In this document: one piece after another, positions 8,644 to 17,697 of the stretch
Position numbering within the stretch: the first letter of the stretch is position 1
Layout: the number at the start of each line of letters is the position of its first letter
Assembly: GCA_029260875.1 (NCBI GenBank)
Contig: JAJDCL010000013.1
Location: 7,985-71,984 of the forward strand
DNA length: 64,000 bases
Reading direction: 5' to 3'
Source of the DNA: Candidatus Saccharimonadota bacterium
GTDB taxonomy: Bacteria > Patescibacteriota > Saccharimonadia > Saccharimonadales > OFTM59
Notes under the pieces: model-generated
Told to the model about the DNA's origin: nothing
What the model saw: the letters and a program-made list of their open reading frames with translations, nothing else
The model's database searches: none
Position numbers and translations under genes: made by a program

Positions 8644-8813
8644 ATAAATATGTCGGCCGTATTACCGGCTTATTTATTGGTTTGGTAGAATGTCTTGGAC
8701 CTCGGTACCCGAAGGGTGGAGGGTCTTGGAGCGAGGACACGCGCAGGAGTTTATTCCGAGCATGCCGCAGCGGATAAAGGACGAAGTCCGCTAGTCCTCT
8801 CTCGCGCGCACCA
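8644..8813 (+). repeat. tRNA-Leu-associated 170-nt structured element, copy 1 (ends in a duplicate of the tRNA 3' end)
   Basis: Near-identical inverted copy at 10977..11144. It begins with a 16-bp hairpin that includes the tRNA CCA. It ends GTCCTCTCTCGCGCGCACCA, which matches the last 18 nt of the tRNA plus a GC insertion. Confidence 0.8.
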
Positions 8814-8870
8814 AGATTGAACCTATCGCGTATCTCTGTATTTTGTAGTACTATACGCTGGTAACTTTTG

Positions 8871-8947
8871 GGGCGCTTAGCTCAGTTGGCTAGAGCATCT
8901 CGTTTACACCGAGAGGGTCGGGGGTTCGAGTCCCTCAGCGCCCACCA
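8871..8947 (+). tRNA. tRNA-Val (anticodon TAC), CCA encoded
   Basis: GGGCGCTTAGCTCAGTTGGCTAGAGCATCTCGTTTACACCGAGAGGGTCGGGGGTTCGAGTCCCTCAGCGCCCACCA. Anticodon loop TTTACAC. Confidence 0.9.
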
Positions 8948-8949
8948 AG

Positions 8950-8986
8950 AAAAACACTCCGCCTAAACGGAGTGTTTTTTGTTTTT
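8950..8986. terminator. bidirectional intrinsic terminator
   Basis: AAAAACACTCCG-CCTAAA-CGGAGTGTTTTT followed by TGTTTTTTG. Lies between tRNA-Val (+) and the 3' end of the minus-strand small membrane-protein gene. Confidence 0.7.
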
Positions 8987-9244
8987 TGCTGCTTTATTGC
9001 GTCGCTCATGAATAGAAGTAATGCCACGCAAAGCTACTACAACCCATACAACATCAAGCACGACGCTAATGTGCGCACTGCGATTTAAGTTATAAATCAT
9101 CAGCAAGCCAGCGCCCAATAAATTGTCTAGCTCATACCAAAATGACTTGTTTGTCCAGCGTCCAATAGATGTTCTATAAAAACCAAATAATATAAGAGCT
9201 GCGCCAGCAGTGCCTATCACCGTGAGCAAAGTATCTGACATCAA
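8963..9244 (-). CDS. small integral membrane protein (about 3 TM), unknown function
   Basis: 93 aa, hydrophobic segments, basic C-terminus. Only 3 nt from the upstream oxidase gene. Confidence 0.6.
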   Translation of the reverse strand: MMSDTLLTVIGTAGAALILFGFYRTSIGRWTNKSFWYELDNLLGAGLLMIYNLNRSAHISVVLDVVWVVVALRGITSIHERRNKAAKNKKHSV

Positions 9245-9247
9245 ATA

Positions 9248-10918
9248 CTAATTTCTCGGCATGTGATCATACAGGTGCTCCATCGAATATTCTTGCCGCA
9301 ATAATGGTTTGATTTCATCAAGCTTTACGTTGACCTTTACGCCCGGGTTTAAGATCCCGTAAGGGTCAAACATCTGTTTTACCTTCTGGAAAAGATCATA
9401 AACCTCAGCCCCGTAAAGTTGTTCTAGGTATGGTGCGCGCAAACGTCCGTCGTTGTGCTCGCCGCTAGTGCTCCCCCCGAGCGCTATAACCATCTTGTAA
9501 TACTCGTCTATCAGCTTAAAAGCCTTCTGACGGTCCCCTACCTGGCTTAAGTCTAAGAATGGTTGCATGTGTAAATTGGCGTTACCGGCATGACCCCATA
9601 TAGCTGACTGTAAATGAAAGCGTTCAAACAACTCATAAACATTTTGGATATATTTTTGGAAGTTCTCAACCGGCACAATACCGTCTTCAATAATCGGCAG
9701 CGCTCTAAGCTTGCCCTCAGTATGAGCTATAAGCGCAGCGGCGCTGTGCCTTATTTTCCATAGATCTTCCTTCCTTTCTGGCGTCTTTTCTACCTGGTAT
9801 GACACTTGGTATTTGTTTAATATTTTAACGGTTTTCTTAGTAAGACGCTTTTGTGTGCGCTCGCTTGGGTTATCAAACTCTATGAGTACCACAAGCTTTG
9901 GGAAGGGCAGGTCAACAATACCTTTAAGCTGGTTTGGGTTGTGCTCGTGTAAAAAGCTCAACAGTTTTTCGTCAACCATTTCAATTGCACTTGGTGTTTC
10001 CGGAAGCTCGCGGAGCTCCATAACAACCTGTTCCGCTACTTGTATGTCATCAAAAAAGGCTGCGATGAGAGTGGTTTCTGGGTTGTAGACTTCTGTTTCA
10101 AGGGTGGCTTCAGTCACGATCGCCAAAGTGCCCTGTGAGCCAACAATAAGTGGGGTCAAGTCAAACGAACCATCTTTACGTTTCACTTCGGACAAAGCAT
10201 AGCCCGCTGAATTTTTACTAACCCCTATAACAGACTGGTCAATTAATTCTTTGTGCTCTTCTATTAACGTGTCCAGGCTGCGGTAAATCTCTCCCTCAAA
10301 CGTTGCTAAGCCGAGCTTTTTATTAAGCTCCCTTTTACTGAGACGACGAGTTTCGACAATTTCACCATTGGCCAATACAACCCTTAGGGCCCTGACGTAC
10401 TCGCGTGTACTGCCGTATTTGATCGTCTTCTCGCCAGATGCGTTGTTCGCCACGGCTCCGCCAATCGTACAGTACTCAATAGATGACGGGAATGGTGGCA
10501 AAAAACGGTTGTGTGTGTGCAGGGATTGCTGCATCTTGCCGTAATTAATCCCAGGTTCAACAGTAATAGTACCGCTCTTGCCGTCTAGCTCTATAATGCG
10601 ACTCATGTGCGCAGGAAACACCACCATTATGCCAGCACCTAGCGCACCCCCAGCCTGGTCCGTACCAGCACCTCGCGCAGTAATTGGTACTATCCGACCG
10701 CGTTCGGCCAGCTGCCAGCTAAACCTAGCAGTTTTGCGCACATCATTTTCGTTCCGCGGGTAGACTATTATTGCAGGAGTAACGGTAAATACGCTGCCGT
10801 CAGTTGAAAAATAATTACGCGCATCGGACGAAGTTATAACTTCGCCGGATAGATGTTCTTGCAAATAATGTGCAACTTTATTCATGCCCTTCGTGACTAG
10901 TATCCCGCCTATTAGCAT
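9248..10918 (-). CDS. FAD-linked oxidase (GlcD / D-lactate dehydrogenase-like)
   Basis: FAD-binding PCMH-type motifs ..PITARGAGTDQAGGALG.. and ..GGSTSGEHNDGRLR... The alternative start MNKVAHY at 10885 is possible. Confidence 0.9.
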   Translation of the reverse strand: MLIGGILVTKGMNKVAHYLQEHLSGEVITSSDARNYFSTDGSVFTVTPAIIVYPRNENDVRKTARFSWQLAERGRIVPITARGAGTDQAGGALGAGIMVVFPAHMSRIIELDGKSGTITVEPGINYGKMQQSLHTHNRFLPPFPSSIEYCTIGGAVANNASGEKTIKYGSTREYVRALRVVLANGEIVETRRLSKRELNKKLGLATFEGEIYRSLDTLIEEHKELIDQSVIGVSKNSAGYALSEVKRKDGSFDLTPLIVGSQGTLAIVTEATLETEVYNPETTLIAAFFDDIQVAEQVVMELRELPETPSAIEMVDEKLLSFLHEHNPNQLKGIVDLPFPKLVVLIEFDNPSERTQKRLTKKTVKILNKYQVSYQVEKTPERKEDLWKIRHSAAALIAHTEGKLRALPIIEDGIVPVENFQKYIQNVYELFERFHLQSAIWGHAGNANLHMQPFLDLSQVGDRQKAFKLIDEYYKMVIALGGSTSGEHNDGRLRAPYLEQLYGAEVYDLFQKVKQMFDPYGILNPGVKVNVKLDEIKPLLRQEYSMEHLYDHMPRN

Positions 10919-10976
10919 TAACGCTTATCTTGTGAGATATGATATCACAAAAAGCTCCTGGCAAGGAAAAGTCGTT

Positions 10977-11144
10977 TGGTGCGCGAGAGAGGACTAGCGG
11001 ACTTCGTCCTTTATCCGCTGCGGCATGCTCGGAGTAAACTCCTGCGCGTGTCCTCGCTCCAAGACCCTCCACCCTTCGGGTACCGAGGTCCAAGACATTC
11101 TACCAAACCAATAAATAAGCCGGTAATAAGGCCGGCATATTTAT
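10977..11144 (-). repeat. tRNA-Leu-associated structured element, copy 2
   Basis: Reverse complement of copy 1, with 3 substitutions and one 2-nt indel. It directly follows tRNA-Leu(GAG) and ends in an exact GTCCTCTCTCGCGCACCA. Confidence 0.8.
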
Positions 11145-11231
11145 TGGTGCGCGAGAGAGGACTTGAACCTCCAAGGTTTTTACACCACAGCCACCTCAAG
11201 GCTGCGCGTCTACCAATTTCGCCACTCGCGC
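11145..11231 (-). tRNA. tRNA-Leu (anticodon GAG), CCA encoded
   Basis: The minus strand reads GCGCGAGTGGCGAAATTGGTAGACGCGCAGCCTTGAGGTGGCTGTGGTGTAAAAACCTTGGAGGTTCAAGTCCTCTCTCGCGCACCA. Confidence 0.9.
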
Positions 11232-11299
11232 TCGTCAAAGCAAGTAAGGATTAAAGCCAGTTAATCTTACGTTTTTTAACCCAAAAACTCAAATAAGGA

Positions 11300-13081
11300 T
11301 TATTTATTAACTTGGGCTTGTCTGATCATCCAGTTGTGCACATTGCCCAGGCGGTCCGATGTACTGTTGACCATTTTTACATCAAAGTTATAAAGATTGC
11401 CGCGAACTATATACAACAAACGCGGCTGATACAGAGCAAGTGCGGGTGCATCGTTTCGCCATGCTTCTAGGAAAGGCTGGTACTTGACAGCTCTCAAGCC
11501 CGGATCAATTCTGGTCCGGCCACCTTCTAATGCTTGGTCGGCAGACACGGAGCTGTATTCACTAAAATTCAAGCGATCAGCTGCTTGCACGGCACCCTGG
11601 GAGCTGTGCCAATAGGCATATACGTCCGGGTCAGCCCCAAGACCAATCCCATTCAACAAAGCACCATAGTTGTGGTCACGGACAATTGTCTGAAAATCCG
11701 CCTCTTCTTGCTGTTCAATTTTTACCTGCACACCTACAGCTTGCCAAGATTTTTGAAGAAATTGCGTAACATAGGTGAATTCACTGTTGTTTTGAGCTTG
11801 CAAAGTAAAACTTAGTAGTTGGCCATCTTTAACCCGCACACCGTTACCCCCACGCAGCCACCCTGCTTCGTCCAGAAGACGATTAGCTTCTTCAATGTTT
11901 GTTTCTAGCTGTACAAGTTTTCGGTCATAACCATCGTGGCTGCGCAAGAATGGGCTATCTACAGCAATCGCCGGGTAGCCCAGACTGTTAACGAGCGCCA
12001 CTGTGTCAACAGCACGCACAAGCGCTTGTCGGACCCTAACATCATTAAGTTGCTCATGAGATATTCTAAAAAACACCATGACCGCTCCAGTTATAGGTAC
12101 ACTGTAGGCCGTAATGTTTGCGCCGGGCTCCATAGAATCAGGCACACTACTAAGGCCCACCATTGCATTAATAGCTTTGTCTTCAAAGCTTTTGAGAAGC
12201 CTTTGGTCATCTCTAAATGTCCGCACGATGAATCGCTGCAGCTTGGGTGCGCCTGCATAATACTTGTCATTACGAGACAGAGCTATTCGCTCCTCCCTTT
12301 CTTCGGGTGTTGTGCCACGGACCTCAACCTCTTCCCACTTAAAAGGTCCGGAGCCAACCGGGTTAGAGGTATTAAAGTTGGCTGAGCGCAACTGACTAAT
12401 CGGCACATCCTTAAGCAGATGTTTTGGCACCAGACCGTTGGTGAGCGAATGAGGGAATGATGCTAGTACGTTGGGGAGCGTGAACACAACCGTTTTAAGG
12501 TCGGGGGCTTCAACCTTAACCCCTCGCCAGCTTATAAATAGCGGCGATTTAGCATCAGGGTGCTGTATAAGCTGGTAGGTAAACAAAACATCTTCCGCCG
12601 TAAGATGCTTGCCGTCATGCCAAACAAGCTGATCCCTTAGCACTACCGTGTATTTGCGACCGCTTTCGTCTACAGACCAAGATTTGGCCAGGTCGCCGAC
12701 TAGTACGTTCTGTTCGTTGTATTTAAGTAGGCCGGAAAAAATAAGATGCGAAATCGTCTTATCTACCCCTGCAACTGCGTAGAGTGGGTTAGCGTTCGTA
12801 AACGAACCTATGACCCCCTCCGTATAGATTCCGCCGGAAGTCGGGCGAAAATCAAGATAATACGTATTTAGAGCGCGGGTTTGTGCAACCACCACCCCCG
12901 CCAACAAAACCAGTAACAGCATCCAGCTCACAACAAAACGGCGGACTACATATAACCTGCCAAGTCTGCGAAAGAAGTGTCGCTCTATTTGCTCCTCGGC
13001 CTGTTCGCCGATATCTTCTACGTGGCGGCGACTGTGCTTATAGCGACGACGCCAAAGTAAACGCGTGGTTCGGTTTATCAT
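11300..13081 (-). CDS. ABC transporter substrate-binding protein, family 5 (peptide/nickel type), N-terminally anchored
   Basis: N-terminal TM, then ..KYTVVLRDQLVWHDGKHLTAEDVLFTYQLI.., typical of SBP_bac_5. No cognate permease or ATPase is adjacent. Confidence 0.85.
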   Translation of the reverse strand: MINRTTRLLWRRRYKHSRRHVEDIGEQAEEQIERHFFRRLGRLYVVRRFVVSWMLLLVLLAGVVVAQTRALNTYYLDFRPTSGGIYTEGVIGSFTNANPLYAVAGVDKTISHLIFSGLLKYNEQNVLVGDLAKSWSVDESGRKYTVVLRDQLVWHDGKHLTAEDVLFTYQLIQHPDAKSPLFISWRGVKVEAPDLKTVVFTLPNVLASFPHSLTNGLVPKHLLKDVPISQLRSANFNTSNPVGSGPFKWEEVEVRGTTPEEREERIALSRNDKYYAGAPKLQRFIVRTFRDDQRLLKSFEDKAINAMVGLSSVPDSMEPGANITAYSVPITGAVMVFFRISHEQLNDVRVRQALVRAVDTVALVNSLGYPAIAVDSPFLRSHDGYDRKLVQLETNIEEANRLLDEAGWLRGGNGVRVKDGQLLSFTLQAQNNSEFTYVTQFLQKSWQAVGVQVKIEQQEEADFQTIVRDHNYGALLNGIGLGADPDVYAYWHSSQGAVQAADRLNFSEYSSVSADQALEGGRTRIDPGLRAVKYQPFLEAWRNDAPALALYQPRLLYIVRGNLYNFDVKMVNSTSDRLGNVHNWMIRQAQVNK

Positions 13082-13084
13082 GTT

Positions 13085-13297
13085 TTAGGCTGCAACGTGC
13101 AGAACAAGGGAAGCCGCGAACACAAAAGCCAGGATAATAGTCGCCTGGTGCAGTGTGCGGTCTGAACCTCGCCTGACGGTATTAACTTCGGCGCTCCCGC
13201 CAAGCCCAGCCCCAAGGCTGGCTCCGCGCGTCTGAACCAGAATAAGAATGGTCAATAAAACGCCAGTTAAGATTGTCAAAAAATTATAAATGCTCAT
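13085..13297 (-). CDS. secG: preprotein translocase subunit SecG
   Basis: 70 aa, two TM, LVQTRGASLGAGLGGS motif. Confidence 0.8.
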   Translation of the reverse strand: MSIYNFLTILTGVLLTILILVQTRGASLGAGLGGSAEVNTVRRGSDRTLHQATIILAFVFAASLVLHVAA

Positions 13298-13656
13298 CTC
13301 TCCTCCAAAATAGTCGTCACCAAGTAGTTTACCAGCCCTATAACGATACCCGCAATTATTGCCGAGGTAAAGCTCGTAACGTAGAGCTCCGGATATAACC
13401 GGCTAACTATAGCAACCATCAGCCCATTCACAACAATCATAAAAAGCCCAAGGCTAAAAAGAATGGCTGGCAGCGACAAGATAATAACTATAGGTTTAAT
13501 AATACTGTTTACTAGAGCTAGAATAAGCCCCGCTATTATGATAACGCCAATCCGACTATCATAAGTGATACCACTAAAAAGTCCGGCAGCAACCCAAAGC
13601 CCAAGGCTACACACGAACCAGCGCACAGCAAACCTATACATTGCACTATGTGACAT
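13294..13656 (-). CDS. DUF360 / phage-holin-4_2 family membrane protein (YvlD-like)
   Basis: Four TM. ..LILALVNSIIKPIVIILSLPAILFSLGLFMIVVNGLMVAIVSRL.. matches the family signature. Confidence 0.7.
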   Translation of the reverse strand: MSHSAMYRFAVRWFVCSLGLWVAAGLFSGITYDSRIGVIIIAGLILALVNSIIKPIVIILSLPAILFSLGLFMIVVNGLMVAIVSRLYPELYVTSFTSAIIAGIVIGLVNYLVTTILEER

Positions 13657-13674
13657 AATCTCGCCTATTGTAAT

Positions 13675-14892
13675 TTAGAACAGGGATTGGGGCAAGCTGG
13701 CGCTTAAGTTTTTAACCCCTTTGTCGGTGATCACTACATCGTCTTCTATCCTTATGCCTATCCCTTCTTCGGGTATATAAATTCCAGGCTCCACGGCTAA
13801 TACCGTGCCAGCTACTAAAGGGCGCTCAATATCACCGGCATCGTGAACGTCAATCCCAAGATAATGCGAGGTTGCATGAGGGTAATACTTTCTCACATTA
13901 GACCTATCGGCAGTTTTAATAAGACCCAGTTCCATGAGTTTTTGGCCCATGAATTTTTCTGTTTGTGATTCGTATTCGCGCAATAAAGTCCCGGGCTTTA
14001 ATAAGCTCATGGCAAAATTTTGGACCTCTATTACGCTCTTGTGAACCGCTTGCAGCCTTGTGTTAGGCTGGCGTGCCCATGTCCTGGTCAGGTCAGCAGC
14101 ATAATGGTCGTATTCTGCCCCAACGTCCATGAGCAGTGCATCTTTAGCCCCGATTGGTGCTTTATTATTGACCGGATGAAGCTGGCAAGCGCGTGCACCG
14201 GCCGCAATAATAGGAGCAAAGCCATGCCCCGTTCCACCACGATCAACAAACTCTTTACTTAATTCCAGCTCAACTTCAAACTCGTTACCGTAAAGGTTTT
14301 GATTAAACCTATCATGAATAATTTTTAAGGACTCAACTGTTATGTTCACCGCCTTAGTGATTGCCTTGAGTTCTGTTGGCTGCTTTACCATTCGCATACG
14401 CTGTAGGTGTGGCCTAAGGTCAAACAGCGTAATTTCCGTGTTAAGTTGCTTTATGTTTTTGGTCAATCTTCGTCTTGCTGGATTGGTGTACATCCCAAGC
14501 TGCTCAATAAATACAGGTGGCGCCAACAACGTGGCAATGTTCTTAACGTTCTTAATGCGAGGGGCCAGGCGCTTCCAGCCTTCTTCTTCGGACAATATTT
14601 CGCTAATTCCGCTTGTCGTCTGCAGGGCTTCGATATCAATTACGCCATCAAATGCCTCCACTACTGTTGAGCGTTCGGGAATAATTAAATACTCCTTGCC
14701 CTTGTCCATAACCAGTATAATATTCGGCTCATCAATCCCAGTTAGATACCAAAAATTGCCATCCTGCTTAAAAGGGAAAGCGCTGTCCATGCTTTTTTGT
14801 AGCATACCGTTTGCGGTTAGTATTACTGGCAAGTCGCTGTTCAGTAGGTGTAATAGTTTGCTACGGTTGCCTTTAAAAAATTCAGTACTCAT
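13675..14892 (-). CDS. Xaa-Pro aminopeptidase (M24B)
   Basis: Metal ligand motifs ..LLMDVGAEYDHYAADLTRTW.., ..HYLGIDVHD.., ..VLAVEPGIYIPE..GIRIEDDVVIT. Confidence 0.9.
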   Translation of the reverse strand: MSTEFFKGNRSKLLHLLNSDLPVILTANGMLQKSMDSAFPFKQDGNFWYLTGIDEPNIILVMDKGKEYLIIPERSTVVEAFDGVIDIEALQTTSGISEILSEEEGWKRLAPRIKNVKNIATLLAPPVFIEQLGMYTNPARRRLTKNIKQLNTEITLFDLRPHLQRMRMVKQPTELKAITKAVNITVESLKIIHDRFNQNLYGNEFEVELELSKEFVDRGGTGHGFAPIIAAGARACQLHPVNNKAPIGAKDALLMDVGAEYDHYAADLTRTWARQPNTRLQAVHKSVIEVQNFAMSLLKPGTLLREYESQTEKFMGQKLMELGLIKTADRSNVRKYYPHATSHYLGIDVHDAGDIERPLVAGTVLAVEPGIYIPEEGIGIRIEDDVVITDKGVKNLSASLPQSLF

Positions 14893-14901
14893 ATCAACCT
14901 C

Positions 14902-15618
14902 CTAGTGTACTTGGCTGCTAAGCTCATCCCAAAAAGCATGGAACCAAACGCGATGTCCACGGCTGCTTGGATGAAAAAAATCGGCAGCATAAATCAGTAA
15001 GCTATCACTTGCTTTTGTGGATTTGTAAAGCGAAGCCACCCTAAGGCCTCTTTTGCTGGCAATCTCACGAATAATTTCGTTGGCTCTAGGTACATTTTTT
15101 TCTGCACCACGCTTAAGACCCCCGCCAAAATAAGGGACTTCAGCAATAATCGCATGCTCAGGCAAGCTATTTACAAGCTTCTTTGTGTCGCGGTAGAAAG
15201 CGTCTTCATCCCAACCCTTGGCAATGTCATTAGACCCTAACGCCACGGTTATAATATCTGGCTTATGGGCTTTTAGAACCGGTATTTGGGTCGCAACACC
15301 ATCACTAATTTTTGCTCCTGACATGCTTAGATTAATAACGCGTACCGTGCGGCCCGCTTTTTGTTCTAGGGACCTAGCCAAAAGCCCCACGTATCCTTCG
15401 CCAGGAGAGCCCGCCCCGACGCCCACCCCCACTGAATCGCCTACGGCTACATATAGCAACTCGTTTGATTGAGGAGCTGCCACAGCCCGCTTTGCCCAGT
15501 ACTTTGTATAACGGCTGCTCTGTGTGCTGACAATAATTAGCAAAATAATTTCTGCGGCCACTACTACCACCAAAATCGTACCGATTATCATCATTATTGT
15601 TTTATTATACTTCTTCAT
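14902..15618 (-). CDS. SGNH/GDSL hydrolase family protein, N-terminally anchored
   Basis: Block I ..YVAVGDSVGVGVGA.., block V ..FFHPSSRGH... N-terminal TM. Confidence 0.8.
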   Translation of the reverse strand: MKKYNKTIMMIIGTILVVVVAAEIILLIIVSTQSSRYTKYWAKRAVAAPQSNELLYVAVGDSVGVGVGAGSPGEGYVGLLARSLEQKAGRTVRVINLSMSGAKISDGVATQIPVLKAHKPDIITVALGSNDIAKGWDEDAFYRDTKKLVNSLPEHAIIAEVPYFGGGLKRGAEKNVPRANEIIREIASKRGLRVASLYKSTKASDSLLIYAADFFHPSSRGHRVWFHAFWDELSSQVH

Positions 15619-17137
15619 TATGCCCAGAACGGTTTACTTTTTGTTCAACATTTAGATATTGCCGTAAGAGAGTTGCCTTATTGATGCCCAAAATTTTTTC
15701 TAGCTCAGCTTGGTGCGCACTCATAACACCCTTGATAGAGCCAAATGTTTTAAGCAGTTTTTTGCGTGTAGCCGGCCCAATGGTCGGGATGTCGTCAAGT
15801 AGGCTTGCTGTTTGTCGTTTTAGTTTTAGAGTCGTATGATAGCTGACCGCAAAACGGTGCGATTCGTCACGGATCCTCTGCAAAAGTTTTACGACATTTG
15901 TGTTCTTGGGTAACGTAATGAGAATATACTCAGCGGTTTCTGTCATAAATCCGCCAAGCTTGTGCAAATATTCGATATTTACATCAACTAGGGATTTAGT
16001 TTTGTGTATAACAATCTGTTCATCTCGTTTTGCCAACCCAATAAAAGGCAGCCTACTATAGCCTAGCTCGTCGCGAGCCCTTATACCCGCATCTAGCTGA
16101 CCTTTACCCCCATCAATCAGCACAAGGCTAGGCGATTCCCATCGTTTCGTATTGCGTTCGCTAAGGCGTCGCACGATAGTTTCGTGCATGTTGTAAAAGT
16201 CATCGTTGTGGTTGAATTTGGTTTTAAATTTGCGGTATTCGCCTTTGTTACTGACACCATTTGTAAAAACAACCATGCTAGCAACCACATCAGAACCCTG
16301 CTGGTGACTTATGTCATAACCCTCAATGCGCTTCGGAAACGCTTCCAGTCTAAGCAGGTCAACAAGTTCACCTAAAGCGTGATCCTTACTTATATCTAGA
16401 AATTCTTTGTCGCTGAATATTACTTGACGCGACAAGCGTTGCAGCGCAAATAGCTGGTTCCGAGCTTTTGCTGCCTTTTCAAACTCGGACTGCTTGGCGT
16501 ATGCTTTCATCTCTTTTTCTAACTCGCGGTCAATACTTTTTCGTTTGCCTTCAATGACCATAATCAGTTTTCGCAAGTTTGCGCGATATTCTTCAAGTTT
16601 TGTCTTGCCTTCTTCTAGACCCGGGTCCAGCCCTAAATGATAGTGCAGGCTGGCCCTTTTTTGACCCGGGATCCGCCGCGTTGCAAATGGAAACACTTTT
16701 CTTAGTAGCTTTAGTGCCTGCTTGACACTCGATACACTTAAGTATGGGCCAAAATATCTTGCTCCGTCATCCATAGGTCGCCTGGTGGTACTCACTGTTG
16801 GGAAATCGCTGTCGTAATCAATCCGGATATAGACCATCGACTTGTCGTCTCGCAGCAGAATGTTATAACGCGGCATGTAGCGCCGTATCATTTCGCCTTC
16901 TAGAAATAGCGCTTCCAGCTCGCTGTCCACGCACATCCAATCAACATCAGCTATGTCGGCAACCAAAGCCTCAGTTTTTGGGTCACGTCCACGACTTTTC
17001 TGAAAATACTGTCTTACGCGGTTTCGTAGGTTGGCCGCCTTGCCTACATATATAATTTCGTTGTTCAGGTTTTTATGAAAATAAATACCCGGTTGGTTCG
17101 GGAGCCCTTTGAGCTTTTCTTCTAGCCTATCTGTCAT
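15605..17137 (-). CDS. uvrC: excinuclease ABC subunit C
   Basis: GIY-YIG (GIYFHKNLNNEIIYVGKAANLRNRVRQY), endonuclease domain, C-terminal HhH (IPTIGPATRKKLLKTFGS). Confidence 0.95.
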   Translation of the reverse strand: MTDRLEEKLKGLPNQPGIYFHKNLNNEIIYVGKAANLRNRVRQYFQKSRGRDPKTEALVADIADVDWMCVDSELEALFLEGEMIRRYMPRYNILLRDDKSMVYIRIDYDSDFPTVSTTRRPMDDGARYFGPYLSVSSVKQALKLLRKVFPFATRRIPGQKRASLHYHLGLDPGLEEGKTKLEEYRANLRKLIMVIEGKRKSIDRELEKEMKAYAKQSEFEKAAKARNQLFALQRLSRQVIFSDKEFLDISKDHALGELVDLLRLEAFPKRIEGYDISHQQGSDVVASMVVFTNGVSNKGEYRKFKTKFNHNDDFYNMHETIVRRLSERNTKRWESPSLVLIDGGKGQLDAGIRARDELGYSRLPFIGLAKRDEQIVIHKTKSLVDVNIEYLHKLGGFMTETAEYILITLPKNTNVVKLLQRIRDESHRFAVSYHTTLKLKRQTASLLDDIPTIGPATRKKLLKTFGSIKGVMSAHQAELEKILGINKATLLRQYLNVEQKVNRSGHNEEV

Positions 17138-17690
17138 TGTTTATAACGTCTTTATTGTTTCTTACTGGTAGATAGGCTTTCATAAGCTTCCGCTCAACTT
17201 GCCGAGTCCGGAACATACTATCAAGCGGGTTATCGTTGCCAAGATGCTCGACCCAGACGGTGGTCATGCCTGCCCGCTTGGCGCCCCACATATCTGCGAT
17301 AAGCTTATCGCCAATCATCGCCGTCTCAGTTGGTTTTGAGTTAAGTTTCTTGTAGACACGATCAAAAAAACGCCTGCTTGGTTTACGCGTAAAGAGCGTG
17401 GCCCGGACAACTTTGGCCTCAATACTGTCCGCAAGCGGTTGAAGGTCGTTGGTTATGCGATTACTAGCTATGCACCAGTCCTTAAATAAATGCCTCTTCG
17501 CCTGCAAGAACCGATGCGAGGCGCTAACCATCGTCGTGCCACGAAAGATCACTAGCGTGCTGTCAGCATCAAATGCAATATACTTAATCCCACGTCTTTT
17601 GAGCAGACTAAAATCAACGTCGGTTAACGACCTGGATATGTAATTGGGTACGAAATGAGGCGTTCTGGCCTCCCTCTTTAGCGCTATCAT
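17127..17690 (-). CDS. HAD-superfamily phosphatase (YqeG-like, subfamily IIIA)
   Basis: Motif I YIAFDADSTLV. Motif IV MIGDKLIADMWGAKRAGM. Confidence 0.75.
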   Translation of the reverse strand: MIALKREARTPHFVPNYISRSLTDVDFSLLKRRGIKYIAFDADSTLVIFRGTTMVSASHRFLQAKRHLFKDWCIASNRITNDLQPLADSIEAKVVRATLFTRKPSRRFFDRVYKKLNSKPTETAMIGDKLIADMWGAKRAGMTTVWVEHLGNDNPLDSMFRTRQVERKLMKAYLPVRNNKDVINNDR

Positions 17691-17697
17691 ACATATA

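Noticed and set aside
8644-8813. Interpreting the tRNA-Leu downstream element as a second tRNA or tmRNA-like gene
   Set aside because: It shares only the last 18 nt with the tRNA. It has no D-arm, no anticodon arm and no 7-nt T-loop (the GGAC-GAA-GTCC loop is 3 nt). It therefore cannot fold as a cloverleaf.
10878-11254. Three listed ORFs (10878..11093 minus, 10976..11254 plus, 11011..11238 minus) of 71-92 aa
   Set aside because: They lie entirely over tRNA-Leu(GAG) and the 170-nt repeat. The same sequence at 8644..8813 is not kept in any frame, and the translations are low-complexity Arg/Gly/Leu-rich. They are artefacts of a structured RNA region.
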